Positions 29,616-38,679 of a stretch of 64,000 nucleotides of DNA are shown here, piece by piece. Under the pieces are notes generated by a model. That model made no database searches. It was not told where the DNA came from and saw only the letters and a list, made by a program, of their open reading frames with translations. The stretch is from an uncultured Pseudomonadales bacterium (GTDB taxonomy: Bacteria; Patescibacteriota; Microgenomatia; UBA1400; PJMF01), in the NCBI GenBank assembly GCA_964393205.1, contig CAYMSV010000001.1, positions 244,581-308,580 on the forward strand, read 5' to 3'. Made by a program: the position numbers and the translations under genes. Each line of letters begins with the position of its first letter. Position 1 is the stretch's first letter.

Positions 29616-31373
29616 TTATTCCAAGTCAGGAGCTATATTAAATAGCAACATTAATTTATCTGCTGTTTTGTACCAGAGAGGAGCTGCTGTTTCAGCGGCC
29701 CAAGGACTACTTTTAGGATTCTCTAGTTTAACTAACATAGTAAATTTTGCGTGATCTGCTGGAGCAAAACCAATAAAACTAGCAATAGTTTCATCACTTT
29801 TATAGCCACCTTGAGGATCTGGTACTTGAGAAGTGCCGGTTTTAGCAGCAACAGTATAACGTTTAGAAGCTATCCACTGAGCCTCTCCATGAGCAGCGGC
29901 AGAGACCATCATTTTTGTTACTAATTCTGCTGTTTCTTGACTCACAACTCTTTCCCCACTTTCAAGAGATATGTCGATTTCCTGATCGAGTTGGTGATCA
30001 TAAACTTTTTCTAAAATTTTAGTTTCCAGCTTTAAGCCTTTATTGGCTATTACATTGATAGCTTGAATTAGTTGAAGGCTATTAGTATTAATACCTTGAC
30101 CAAAACTAATGGTAGCTAATTCAACAGGACCAATTTTTTTAGGAAAATAAGTACTGCTATCATCTTGTAAGTCTAAATCAAATTTTTGACCAATGCCAAA
30201 TTTTTTTAAGTATTCGCTGAATTTTTCTTGACCCAAGAGTTCAGCTACAAAAATCATAGCGATATTATCTGATTTTTCCAGTGCTTCTGTGATATTAATA
30301 TTAGGATGATACTGGTCGTTCCAAGTTCTAATGGTGTATGAGCCGAATTGCCTGGGACCAGCGCATTTAGTGCAAATAGTTTCTGGATTAATTAAGCCAG
30401 CGTCGATAGCACTAGCTACGGTTAGAACTTTAAAAGTTGATCCTGGTTCGTAAAGCCTAGTTAAACTAGGATTTTTCAAGATTTCAGCCGGGTATTTAAA
30501 ATATTGCCACTGTTGATAATTTGGCCAAGTTGCCAAAGCTAAAATTTTACCAGTTTGACTATCAAGAATAATAATTTCCCCCCGATCAGCGTCATATTGT
30601 TTAATTCCCCAAGCTAGGTTTGTTTCGGCAATATGTTGAATGTCGCGTCGAATGGTAAGAGTTAAATCACGCCCATTCAAATTTTTAAGCTGATAGTTAG
30701 ATCCTGTTAGTAGCGCGCCCAAAGCATCAGTGCGAAACCAACCCTTTTCTTTTCTTGGTTTAAGTTCGTCTTCCAGAGCTCCTTCGATTCCATAACGACC
30801 GACTTCTCCACCCTCTTCATTGCGACCGACAAAACCAGTTAAGTGTGCAGCCATTGAAGCTTCTGGATAAAAACGAGTAAAAGTAGTGTCAAAAGCTAAA
30901 TACGGATTATTAAGTGCAAGAATTTGTTCTTTTGCTTGAGAACTAAGTTGGGCAGCTAGTTTAGGCCAGTTTGCTTGACTGCTAAATTTAGCAATTAGAT
31001 TGCTTTCAATTTGTTGTTGGACTAATAGTTTGCTAGCACTATCTGAAGCATCCTGAAATTGCCAATTTTCTTGAGCAATAATCTCGGCCAATTGTTGGCT
31101 GATTTTTTCGACGTCGCCAGTGAAATTCTTTCGATCAAGTTTTAAATCATAAACCTCTTGATTACCAATTAAGAGATAACCGTCACTAGTTAAAATCTGG
31201 CCGCGTAGTCCTTCTTGAGTTCTGCTGCGGATAGTTTGTAGTTCGCTGAGGTTTTTTAATTCTCGGCCACGTAGTACTTGCCAATAAAACAAACGAATGA
31301 TGATGAGAACGATGGTCAGAGAAACAAAGGCTAAAAAAAACTTTCTTCTGGAGTAGTTTAGTTCTTCAGCCAT
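29616..31373 (-). CDS. ftsI: Class B penicillin-binding protein (FtsI-type transpeptidase)
   Basis: N-terminal TM helix; STFK, SDN and KTGTS motifs; follows the ftsL-like gene. Confidence 0.85.
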   Translation of the reverse strand: MAEELNYSRRKFFLAFVSLTIVLIIIRLFYWQVLRGRELKNLSELQTIRSRTQEGLRGQILTSDGYLLIGNQEVYDLKLDRKNFTGDVEKISQQLAEIIAQENWQFQDASDSASKLLVQQQIESNLIAKFSSQANWPKLAAQLSSQAKEQILALNNPYLAFDTTFTRFYPEASMAAHLTGFVGRNEEGGEVGRYGIEGALEDELKPRKEKGWFRTDALGALLTGSNYQLKNLNGRDLTLTIRRDIQHIAETNLAWGIKQYDADRGEIIILDSQTGKILALATWPNYQQWQYFKYPAEILKNPSLTRLYEPGSTFKVLTVASAIDAGLINPETICTKCAGPRQFGSYTIRTWNDQYHPNINITEALEKSDNIAMIFVAELLGQEKFSEYLKKFGIGQKFDLDLQDDSSTYFPKKIGPVELATISFGQGINTNSLQLIQAINVIANKGLKLETKILEKVYDHQLDQEIDISLESGERVVSQETAELVTKMMVSAAAHGEAQWIASKRYTVAAKTGTSQVPDPQGGYKSDETIASFIGFAPADHAKFTMLVKLENPKSSPWAAETAAPLWYKTADKLMLLFNIAPDLE

Positions 31374-31380
31374 GATTAAC

Positions 31381-31680
31381 TCAACGCAAAGCCACAGCGC
31401 TTGCTTTGCTTTTAACTACTAGCAGATTTTTTATGTCTTTAAAATCCTGATAGTTTTCTAGTTGTTGAATAGAAATTTCTTGAGCAATAGCTTGATCTAA
31501 TTTGCTTTCTCTAGAAAGTAATTCTTCTTGTTTTTGTTTGAGAATTTCTATATGTTGGCCATAAGCAATATTTTGACTAAGAGTGTAAGCGGTGCTGATT
31601 AATTGCAAGAAAACTACTAAGAAGAGAATTCTGTAATAATTTTTGAGCTTTTTTTTCATTGTTTTTCCTTTTTTATACAA
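31381..31680 (-). CDS. FtsL-like bitopic coiled-coil division protein (by position)
   Basis: 99 aa with an N-terminal TM helix and a coiled coil, between rsmH and ftsI. Confidence 0.5.
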   Translation of the reverse strand: MYKKGKTMKKKLKNYYRILFLVVFLQLISTAYTLSQNIAYGQHIEILKQKQEELLSRESKLDQAIAQEISIQQLENYQDFKDIKNLLVVKSKASAVALR

Positions 31681-32590
31681 CTAAGGCTCTCAACTTAGCG
31701 CTGCGAGCTCTTGGATTTATTTTTAACTCTTCATTGTCTGGAACAATGGCTTTTTTAGTTAATAATTTGGCTAAATTTTGATTAGCTTGTTCTCTAAAAA
31801 ATTTCTTGACCAGTCTATCCTCTCCTTCATGAAAAGAAATACAAACCAGTCTTTTGTCCATAGCAGAGCTGGTCTGTAAGGCATTGAAAGCAGCAGGTAA
31901 AGCTTGTTGAATGTTATTTAATTCATCATTAACAGCAATACGCAAAGCTTGAAAAGTTTTGGTAGCTGGATGGAGTTTTCCGGCTTTAGCACCCTTAACT
32001 CGTTCAACTATTTTCAATAATGTGCCAACACGCTGTAGGCTATTGGGGGCTGTCTTTTTGACTTGAGCAACAGCTTTGGCTATTTGTCTAGATTGTTTTT
32101 CTCCACCAAATTCAAAAAGTAAATTAGCCAACTGTTTTTCGCTTAAAACTATGAGTAAGTCTCCGGCTTTTACGCCCAAATCCTGATTCATTCTCATGTC
32201 TAAAATAGCTTCTGGATCTGCACTAAAACTAAAACCTCTTTTGCTAGAAGTTAGCTGTTCAGTAGAGGTGCCAAAGTCAAAGAGCACACCAGCTAAAGAT
32301 ATGTTTTGGGTTTTTTCTAGATTTTCTAAAACAGCGCTCAGTTCTTTGAAGTTTTCTTGGATGAGAATTAGTTTTTTTTGGGCTATTTCTTGTTTAAAAT
32401 TTTCACGAGCTTTTTCAATAGCTTCTTGATCAAAATCTAGAGCAATTACCAAGCCTCCTTGATTTAAAATTGCTCGACTATGCCCTCCTCGACCGAAAGT
32501 AGCATCGAGATAATGTTCTCCTTCTTTAACGGCTAAGAAATCTAAGCTTTCTTTTAGTAAAACTGGTTGATGTTGTTTATTCGATGACAT
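31673..32590 (-). CDS. rsmH: 16S rRNA m4C1402 methyltransferase RsmH (MraW)
   Basis: HYLDATFGRGGHS motif. Start taken at ATG 32590 (MSSNKQHQPVLL); the longer track ORF overlaps mraZ. Confidence 0.85.
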   Translation of the reverse strand: MSSNKQHQPVLLKESLDFLAVKEGEHYLDATFGRGGHSRAILNQGGLVIALDFDQEAIEKARENFKQEIAQKKLILIQENFKELSAVLENLEKTQNISLAGVLFDFGTSTEQLTSSKRGFSFSADPEAILDMRMNQDLGVKAGDLLIVLSEKQLANLLFEFGGEKQSRQIAKAVAQVKKTAPNSLQRVGTLLKIVERVKGAKAGKLHPATKTFQALRIAVNDELNNIQQALPAAFNALQTSSAMDKRLVCISFHEGEDRLVKKFFREQANQNLAKLLTKKAIVPDNEELKINPRARSAKLRALVV

Positions 32591-33002
32591 AAGCCTTTTC
32601 AGCAATTGACTCAGCCTTTTTTTCCAGTTGATCAAGATAGAGATGGTAGTTTTCTTGATCCCATATTTCCAAACGATTAAGACTACCAACAATGACGACA
32701 GATTTTTTCAATTGGGCAAATTCGATCAAGTAATTGGGCAGTTTTACTCGACCATTGTCGTCAGGGATTATCTCACTAGCTTCGTTAGTCATTAATCTGA
32801 CTAGATCTCGATTGGCTTTTTTACTAAATCCGGCTTGATTAATTTTACTTAGCTCTGATTGAAAGTTTTCTTTTTTGAGTAAGAATAAGCAACCATCTAA
32901 ACCTCTGGTAACGATCCAAGATTTACTGCTACTGCGGAATTTTTTGGGTAAAGATATGCGACCTTTACTCTCTAAGTTATGATAATACTTGCCAATTAAC
33001 AT
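32577..33002 (-). CDS. mraZ: Transcriptional regulator MraZ
   Basis: MLIGKYYHNLESKGRISLPKKFR N-terminus; start taken at ATG 33002 (track TTG at 33023 is the alternative). Confidence 0.8.
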   Translation of the reverse strand: MLIGKYYHNLESKGRISLPKKFRSSSKSWIVTRGLDGCLFLLKKENFQSELSKINQAGFSKKANRDLVRLMTNEASEIIPDDNGRVKLPNYLIEFAQLKKSVVIVGSLNRLEIWDQENYHLYLDQLEKKAESIAEKAYVIE

Positions 33003-33177
33003 TATTATGAGCCTATTTACCAATTCCTACCACATATAACTATATATAAGAAAAACAAACTTGTAAATAGTAATTTGTTCATAAATTATTAGATGTAGGT
33101 GAAAAGCTTTTTAAAAGATAAAAAATATCACAAAAAACCCAGTAAACTGAGAATACAAGAACAATAAATCAGAAAAA

Positions 33178-33981
33178 TTATTTAACCAAGAGATAAGCTT
33201 CCATGAAGGCGGCGCTGCCTGAGGCTAGTCCATCTTCAAGTTGAGTTTCAATTTCTTGCCACTCTTCTCCATCAAAGCCCATAATTTGAACACCTTCTTC
33301 TTTAGTATTGAAGCTGACCTCAAATTCAGAGCTAAGAGTTTTTAAGCTTTTTTCTGCGTTAACAGTATAGATGTCGCTAGCAAGCTCGGACTCAAGCTCT
33401 CCTGGATATCCTGGAGTATTAAAAATGATTAAATAAGAATAGTCGCTTAAACTGTCATTGCTAATAGTAAATTTGGTATCTTGAGAGCTAAATTCAGTTT
33501 CTCGATCACTGTTGGTGAAGTAGCGCCAACTATTTTTAAGCGCATAATCTTCTGCTCCCATGAATTCTGCTAAGAGAGTGCCACCCTTAATGTCTTCATG
33601 ATAGGTAATTGCACCACCAGCTGATTGAGAGCCAAATAGTTTGCGATCGCTAACAGGCAAATTATCTAATTCTAAAAAGCCCTGAAAACCTTGTAGCATA
33701 GAGCCAGTTTGATATTCCATTTCATAATTTAGGCTGTTAGCAGCTTTTTTTAGCTCAATAATGTTTAAAACGATGTGTCTGCCATCAGTAGTAGGAGCTA
33801 ATTGGATAAAGGGACTTTCACTAACGGGAATTTGATTATAATTAGCTGATATTTTCTTTTTTACTGCTGTGTCGGTTTCTTTTCCTTGATTGCGATTAGC
33901 TCTTAAATAAAAGAAAGCTCCTATAGCAATTAAAAGGATTAGGGCGCTTACAGTAATGATGGTTTTTTTCTTTTTTGTCAT
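33178..33981 (-). CDS. Membrane-anchored hypothetical protein
   Basis: N-terminal TM helix then a 240-aa extracytoplasmic region with no motif I recognise. Confidence 0.5.
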   Translation of the reverse strand: MTKKKKTIITVSALILLIAIGAFFYLRANRNQGKETDTAVKKKISANYNQIPVSESPFIQLAPTTDGRHIVLNIIELKKAANSLNYEMEYQTGSMLQGFQGFLELDNLPVSDRKLFGSQSAGGAITYHEDIKGGTLLAEFMGAEDYALKNSWRYFTNSDRETEFSSQDTKFTISNDSLSDYSYLIIFNTPGYPGELESELASDIYTVNAEKSLKTLSSEFEVSFNTKEEGVQIMGFDGEEWQEIETQLEDGLASGSAAFMEAYLLVK

Positions 33982-33985
33982 AGTT

Positions 33986-35395
33986 TTAGGCTAGCATAGA
34001 GCTTAAATAATTATCAAGTTCAGTAATGGCGATTCGCTCTTGTTGACTACTGTCTCGATGACGAACTGTAACGGCTTTGTCTTCAAGAGTGTCAAAATCA
34101 ATAGTAATACAAAAAGGCGTACCAATCTCATCTTGAGATAAATAACGTTTACCAATGTTGCCTCTTTCGTCCCAAGTGGCTCTAAATTTTTGATTCAGCT
34201 GCTCATAAACTTCTCTAGCTTTTTTCACTAATTCCTCTTTATTTTTTAAGAGTGGAAAAACGGCCAATTGATAAGGGGCCAATTTGGGTTTAAAAGCCAT
34301 GACAGTGCGCTCTTTGTCTGAATCTTCTCTGTAGGCGTCACAAAGCAGCATTAAAAATAAACGATTAATACCAGCTGCCGGCTCAATAACGTGAGGCAAA
34401 AACTTTTTATTAGTTTGCGGGTCGATATATTCTAGCGATTGTTTAGAAAACTCTTGCTGTTGCTTGAGGTCGTAATCACCTCGATAAGCGATGCCCCAGA
34501 GCTCTTTCCAGCCAAAAGGATAGCGATATTCTAAATCATAGGTTTCTTGACTATAGTGACTGCGTTCTTTATCAGTGTGACGACGCCAACGTAGATTTTC
34601 TTCTCTAATACCTAAGACTTTTGTAACAAAGTCCCACATTTGATTCTGCCAGTCCTTAAATAATTTCTGCCAATCTTCCTTTTCAGGGTCAAAAAAATAC
34701 TCAATCTCACCTTGTTCAAACTCTAAAGTACGAAAAACAAATTGTCCGGTAGTAATTTCGTTGCGAAAGCTCTTACCAATTTGACCAACACCAAAAGGCA
34801 ATTTGTTTCTAGTGCTATTAAGAATTTGTTTAAAATTAGAAAAAATACCTTGAGCTGTTTCTCCGCGCAAATAAACTTGGTTTTTTTTATCAGCTAAAAC
34901 ACCAATAGCAGTTTCAAACAAAATATTAAAGTCTTGGGCTTCAGTAAGAGGATTACCATCAGGAGATTTAATTTGATGTTTATTAATCAAATCATCCAGT
35001 TCTGCTGTTGATAGATTAGCGATAATAACTTCTCCCTGTTTTTCTGGATTTTTGGCAAAATAGTCTTCGATTAAACTGTCAGCTCGATAACGCTTGTGAG
35101 TTACTTTATCTTCAACCAAGGGGTCGGTAAAAGAGTTGACGTGACCAGATGCTACCCAAGTTTGAGGGTGTAAAATGATTTGGCTATCTAGACCAAGCAT
35201 GTCTTCACGGCGTCGGATAAAAAAATCCCACCACAAGCTTTTGATATTTAACAAAAGTTCAGTCCCCAATGGCCCGTAGTCATAAGAATTGGCTAAACCA
35301 CCATAAATTTCACTAGTTTGATAAACAAAACCTCGTCTTTTAGCTAAAGAACTAATAGTTTCGAGACTAACTTGTTGATTTTCTTCAGTTTGCAT
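33986..35395 (-). CDS. glyQS: Glycyl-tRNA synthetase, alpha2-dimer (GlyQS) type
   Basis: N-terminal ...RRGFVYQTSEIYGGLANSYDYGPLGTEL... class II aaRS. Confidence 0.85.
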   Translation of the reverse strand: MQTEENQQVSLETISSLAKRRGFVYQTSEIYGGLANSYDYGPLGTELLLNIKSLWWDFFIRRREDMLGLDSQIILHPQTWVASGHVNSFTDPLVEDKVTHKRYRADSLIEDYFAKNPEKQGEVIIANLSTAELDDLINKHQIKSPDGNPLTEAQDFNILFETAIGVLADKKNQVYLRGETAQGIFSNFKQILNSTRNKLPFGVGQIGKSFRNEITTGQFVFRTLEFEQGEIEYFFDPEKEDWQKLFKDWQNQMWDFVTKVLGIREENLRWRRHTDKERSHYSQETYDLEYRYPFGWKELWGIAYRGDYDLKQQQEFSKQSLEYIDPQTNKKFLPHVIEPAAGINRLFLMLLCDAYREDSDKERTVMAFKPKLAPYQLAVFPLLKNKEELVKKAREVYEQLNQKFRATWDERGNIGKRYLSQDEIGTPFCITIDFDTLEDKAVTVRHRDSSQQERIAITELDNYLSSMLA

Positions 35396-35439
35396 AATTT
35401 ACTCTCAGGCAAAATTATATTATAAAAAGCTGTTTAAGA

Positions 35440-36006
35440 CTAGTTTTGACTTTGGGTATTTAAAAAATCAAAGCTTTTCATCTTTTTTTCACTAATTTCA
35501 GCTACATAATTTTGAATACTTTGGTGTTTAGTGTCTTTAATATCTTGATAACCTAGAAGTTGTAATAATTGGTTGAGGAGTTTTTTAATTTTTGCAGCCT
35601 GATTGTCTTCACTTAAGACTAATTTTTCAATTTTTTTAGCTAATTCAAAACTACCCTCGTCAATAAAGTTTTCCACAAAGAGGCGATCAAAAATTTCTAA
35701 AATTTGTTGAATGTGGCTAATCTTTTTAAGAGCTAATTCTTGAGGAAGATTTTGATAAATTTGGCTAGTATCAAAAAGTAGACGACTTTGAGTGAGTAAA
35801 GGTAAACTTTTAGTTCTAATACAAAAAGCTTGAATGAGATTGCCCGGTTCGAGATTAGCTCTGTTAGAAGAATTGAGGCGGCGCGCCCCTTTAGCCAGTA
35901 CTACCAGTTTTCCTTGATCTTTAGTTAAGAGAGTCAGTAGGCGGTCGGTTTCACCCATAGCGCGCCGCTTAAGAACAATGGCGTGGCTTGAAAATGAGCG
36001 AGACAT
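35440..36006 (-). CDS. recO: DNA repair protein RecO (short form)
   Basis: N-terminal OB-fold sequence (HAIVLKRRAMGETDRLLTLLTKDQGKL); only 188 aa. Confidence 0.65.
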   Translation of the reverse strand: MSRSFSSHAIVLKRRAMGETDRLLTLLTKDQGKLVVLAKGARRLNSSNRANLEPGNLIQAFCIRTKSLPLLTQSRLLFDTSQIYQNLPQELALKKISHIQQILEIFDRLFVENFIDEGSFELAKKIEKLVLSEDNQAAKIKKLLNQLLQLLGYQDIKDTKHQSIQNYVAEISEKKMKSFDFLNTQSQN

Positions 36007-36009
36007 GGT

Positions 36010-38028
36010 TTAAAAAATCGTGGAATATTCTAGATCTTGATCCATTAAGAGTTCCTCTTGCCCACCAGTGACATCAATTAAAACTGGTACAGGATTAATG
36101 CCAGCTTGTTTCCAGAGTCGAAGATTGTAGTTTTCTTGATCTTGATAAGGTACTCGATAGTTCATTCTAATTCGAGCTAGTCCCAAGGGCTCTAATTTAA
36201 AGAAGCCGTCAACAACGGTGTAACCTTCTTCTTCATAGACACTAGCTTCATCTTCCAAACCCTGAATTTCAAGGAGCTCTGAGCCTTGGGGCAAATAGAT
36301 TCTAATCCAGTCATTAAGTGTTGCATTGAGACATAGTAGACCAGCTTCCAAATTACAATTATCTGCTGGAGCAGTATTTTTATAACTAATTTCTAAAGTA
36401 TTTTCAATAAAATTATCTTGAGGCGCACTGACACTAAGTTTAAGATCATAATCAATAAACAAATTAGATTTAGCCCCAGCGAGATTAGTATTAATGATCG
36501 CTAAGAAATCTTGATTTTGGCCAAATTGCCAGTCTTTAAAGCCCTGATTTAATTGATAGAGTCGACCAGCAGCATTAATTTTTTCGGCTGCTATTTGAGA
36601 ACTTTCATCTACAAAATACATTTGCAGGTGGCGGCCCTTGAGGCTGCTGATGCCCACAGTAATTAATTCTGGGAATTTAACTTTATCTAGTTCATAAGTT
36701 TTACTCAAAATAGTGCTCATTAGTGGCCCCAAAACTCCTTTACGATCTTCTCTTAAGTAAGGAGTGGGACGAGTGATAATTTCTGATAAAGCATAAACAA
36801 CTTGAGGGCAATCACAGCGTTTATCAACTTCAGCACTAAAAGTACCGTACCCTGGAACTTGAACAGGACCAATGACTTCCAGCAACCAGGTCAAAACTTG
36901 AGTGTCAACGGCAATGATGCCATCAATATCATCTGGCTCTCCAGGAACAGTTTGATAATTTTCATAAAAAGTCTCCATAGATTTTTTGAAATCTGGATAA
37001 ATATTCATGTCTCGCAAATTCCAATAACGTTCAGTGGTTAAATATTTGCCTAGTTCCTCTGGAATTGCTACATTTTTGCGAAATTTTTGATCTAACTCAT
37101 AGATGTCGCCTGATTTCTCAGGAATGACAGTGCCTTGATCAACCTGAATAATAGAATAAGCAGTTAAAAAGCCACCTGTAGGTCGCAATTCATTATCATT
37201 TTGAAAAAGAATTAAATATTTTTGAGCTTCTCTGGCTCCGGCCATTTTAGCTAGTTCAGCCAAGACTGGTTTGTAATCACTGAAACCATGACTAAAATTG
37301 CTAATTTGTTCTTGAGCATTCAGAATTTGACTGCGAATTTCCTGTTGAGCTAGTTGTTCCGGATATCGCTTAGCATTAATTTCTTGACTGAGGGCCTCAA
37401 TTTCTTGAAGCTTGAGTTCTATTTCATTGATTTCTGGTTGAATTTCTTCTAAAGTTTCCAGCACTAAAACTATACGGTCTTGAGTGGTTCCCCCCTCAAA
37501 ACTGCCTTCACCAGCAAAGCCAAGTAGATCGCTATAAGGCATTAAAGTATTAACAAGTTGGTCAGCTAAATCTAGGCTTTTATGGCCAATCAAAATAACT
37601 GTCTGCCCGTCTTGATAATAATTTCTCACAAAGGGGATGTATTGGTAAATTTTTAGTGCTTGATATTCTTGATCAATGTTTGTTAAGTTTTCTCTAAGAT
37701 CACTAATTTTTTCTGGTAAGGCTGGAAGATTTTGAGTTCTAACTAGGCCAGCGGTTTCCATAGCTAGAGCTTGGGTAGAATTACTCAGGGCCATGATTTT
37801 CTTGACCCGAAAGAAGGTGTAGCTAAAAAGAATGCTAAAGCTTAAGGCCAATATTAACAAGAAAATTAAGGCAATTTTTTGCCATTTTTTTAAGGCCAAG
37901 CGACTTTTTTTATTCATTTTATTCTTTTTACTTTTTTTGAAAAAAGACCAAAAAGGTTTTTTTTCAGGATTTTCTAAAGTTATTTGCTTTTCACCAAATA
38001 ATTGATCAACGCTAGAAAAATTTTCCAT
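36010..38028 (-). CDS. Large membrane-anchored extracytoplasmic protein (possibly DUF4012-like) co-transcribed with the glycan locus
   Basis: N-terminal TM helix, a coiled-coil segment, and conserved-looking NDNELRPTGGFLTAYS and CDCPQ motifs. Confidence 0.5.
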   Translation of the reverse strand: MENFSSVDQLFGEKQITLENPEKKPFWSFFKKSKKNKMNKKSRLALKKWQKIALIFLLILALSFSILFSYTFFRVKKIMALSNSTQALAMETAGLVRTQNLPALPEKISDLRENLTNIDQEYQALKIYQYIPFVRNYYQDGQTVILIGHKSLDLADQLVNTLMPYSDLLGFAGEGSFEGGTTQDRIVLVLETLEEIQPEINEIELKLQEIEALSQEINAKRYPEQLAQQEIRSQILNAQEQISNFSHGFSDYKPVLAELAKMAGAREAQKYLILFQNDNELRPTGGFLTAYSIIQVDQGTVIPEKSGDIYELDQKFRKNVAIPEELGKYLTTERYWNLRDMNIYPDFKKSMETFYENYQTVPGEPDDIDGIIAVDTQVLTWLLEVIGPVQVPGYGTFSAEVDKRCDCPQVVYALSEIITRPTPYLREDRKGVLGPLMSTILSKTYELDKVKFPELITVGISSLKGRHLQMYFVDESSQIAAEKINAAGRLYQLNQGFKDWQFGQNQDFLAIINTNLAGAKSNLFIDYDLKLSVSAPQDNFIENTLEISYKNTAPADNCNLEAGLLCLNATLNDWIRIYLPQGSELLEIQGLEDEASVYEEEGYTVVDGFFKLEPLGLARIRMNYRVPYQDQENYNLRLWKQAGINPVPVLIDVTGGQEELLMDQDLEYSTIF

Positions 38029-38047
38029 AGATTAATAGTATAGCAAA

Positions 38048-38674
38048 TTACCACTTAGAAAACATCGCCATTGGTGTTTTGAGTAAAATCAGCAGATCTT
38101 GGCGAATAGAGTTATTGTTAGCATATTGATAGTCAATTAGTGTGCGTTTTTTAAAAGGAATTTCATTGCGGCCACTAGTCTGCCAAGGACCGGTAATACC
38201 AGGCTTAACTGACAAAATACTTTTGACATATTTTTTAGTTTCTGGATATTTGCTTGTTTGTTCTTCTAGCTCTTTTTTGACATAAGCACGAGGGCCAACG
38301 ATACTCATTTCTCCTTTAAAAACATTGAATATCTGAGGAAATTCGTCAATAGTAAAGGCTCGTAAAAATCGACCAAGGCGAGTAATACGAGGATCATCTT
38401 TAGCGGCAATTTTCCAGTCATTGTTTTTGAATTTGTCTAATAAAATGTGATCTTTGCTGTGTAAAATTTCATCAGCATTTTGTACCATGCTACGAAATTT
38501 AAATAAATTAAATTCTTTGCCATTTTTACCAATTCGTCGATGAGAGAAAAAGATTGGCAGTCCCGAGTCAATCAAAATTAAAATAGGAATAATGATCCAA
38601 AACGGTAAGAATAAAATCAATAAAATACTGGCAACCATGATGTCTAGTAAACGTTTTTTAGCAGCGTAAGTCAT
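38048..38674 (-). CDS. Priming sugar transferase (WbaP/WcaJ C-terminal-domain type undecaprenyl-phosphate phosphoglycosyl transferase)
   Basis: One TM helix; bacterial sugar transferase motifs (FKFRSM, PGITGPWQ). Confidence 0.8.
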   Translation of the reverse strand: MTYAAKKRLLDIMVASILLILFLPFWIIIPILILIDSGLPIFFSHRRIGKNGKEFNLFKFRSMVQNADEILHSKDHILLDKFKNNDWKIAAKDDPRITRLGRFLRAFTIDEFPQIFNVFKGEMSIVGPRAYVKKELEEQTSKYPETKKYVKSILSVKPGITGPWQTSGRNEIPFKKRTLIDYQYANNNSIRQDLLILLKTPMAMFSKW

Positions 38675-38679
38675 TAGAT

